DNA of 63,487 nt, counting the filler, from Octopus bimaculoides (lineage: Eukaryota), in NCBI RefSeq assembly GCF_001194135.2. It is 4 parts of 4 records of this genome, joined end to end, with 100 filler letters (N's around TTAATTAATTAA, not from the genome) between each part and the next. Parts side by side here need not be neighbours in the genome. Positions count along the whole stretch, not along the records: positions 61,165 to 63,487 come from NC_069002.1; 3 more parts are not named here. The stretch is one strand, 5' to 3'. The notes under the pieces are model-generated. The model ran no database searches. It saw only the letters and a program-made list of their open reading frames with translations, and was not told where the DNA came from. Both the position numbers and the translations under genes were made by a program. Below, piece after piece: positions 63,456-63,487 of this stretch. How positions within the stretch are numbered: the stretch's first letter is position 1; the number at the start of each line of letters is the position of its first letter.

Positions 63456-63487
<32 letters not shown>
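61246..63487. repeat. Tandem duplication: ~140-bp unique segment plus compound CT tract (61246-~61700 and 62697-63487)
   Basis: GTCGCTTCGATGGGATTCAAAG...CTTGCACTGCAAAG-ACACAAGCTCTCTCTG occurs twice, and diagnostic interruptions in the CT tracts also match. Confidence 0.92.

Overview
AT-rich, microsatellite-saturated eukaryotic DNA from a gapped draft assembly. The SINE families resemble ones I recall from Octopus (coleoid cephalopod); this is an inference, not a database result. I find no supportable host protein-coding gene, true tRNA/rRNA gene or CRISPR array. Nearly all long ORFs in the track are read-throughs of N runs or simple repeats. The window is a transposon graveyard: at least five short interspersed families (labelled A-D and F here); mariner, Tc1 and maT/DD37D relics; a 2.1-kb Chapaev3-like element with both ends and a TAA target duplication, abutting or nested in a mariner; three distinct Penelope-like coding relics, one split by a full-length Tc1; several Penelope-type minimal hammerhead-like motifs; R4/Dong-type and Hero/NeSL-type retrotransposon fragments; and Helitron-like pieces. 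Three 100-bp spacers (44 N + TTAATTAATTAA + 44 N) look like scaffold joins, so adjacency across 25087-25186, 47186-47285 and 61065-61164 is uncertain. The most notable observations are a 55-bp microinversion that hides a CCHC knuckle in a Hero-like element, the hammerhead-like motifs, and a stack of Dong-like inserts in (AAT)n arrays with a possible non-coding passenger element. I do not see evidence for a wholly new biological system. All protein-family calls come from motif recall after manual translation; coordinates of decayed elements are approximate.
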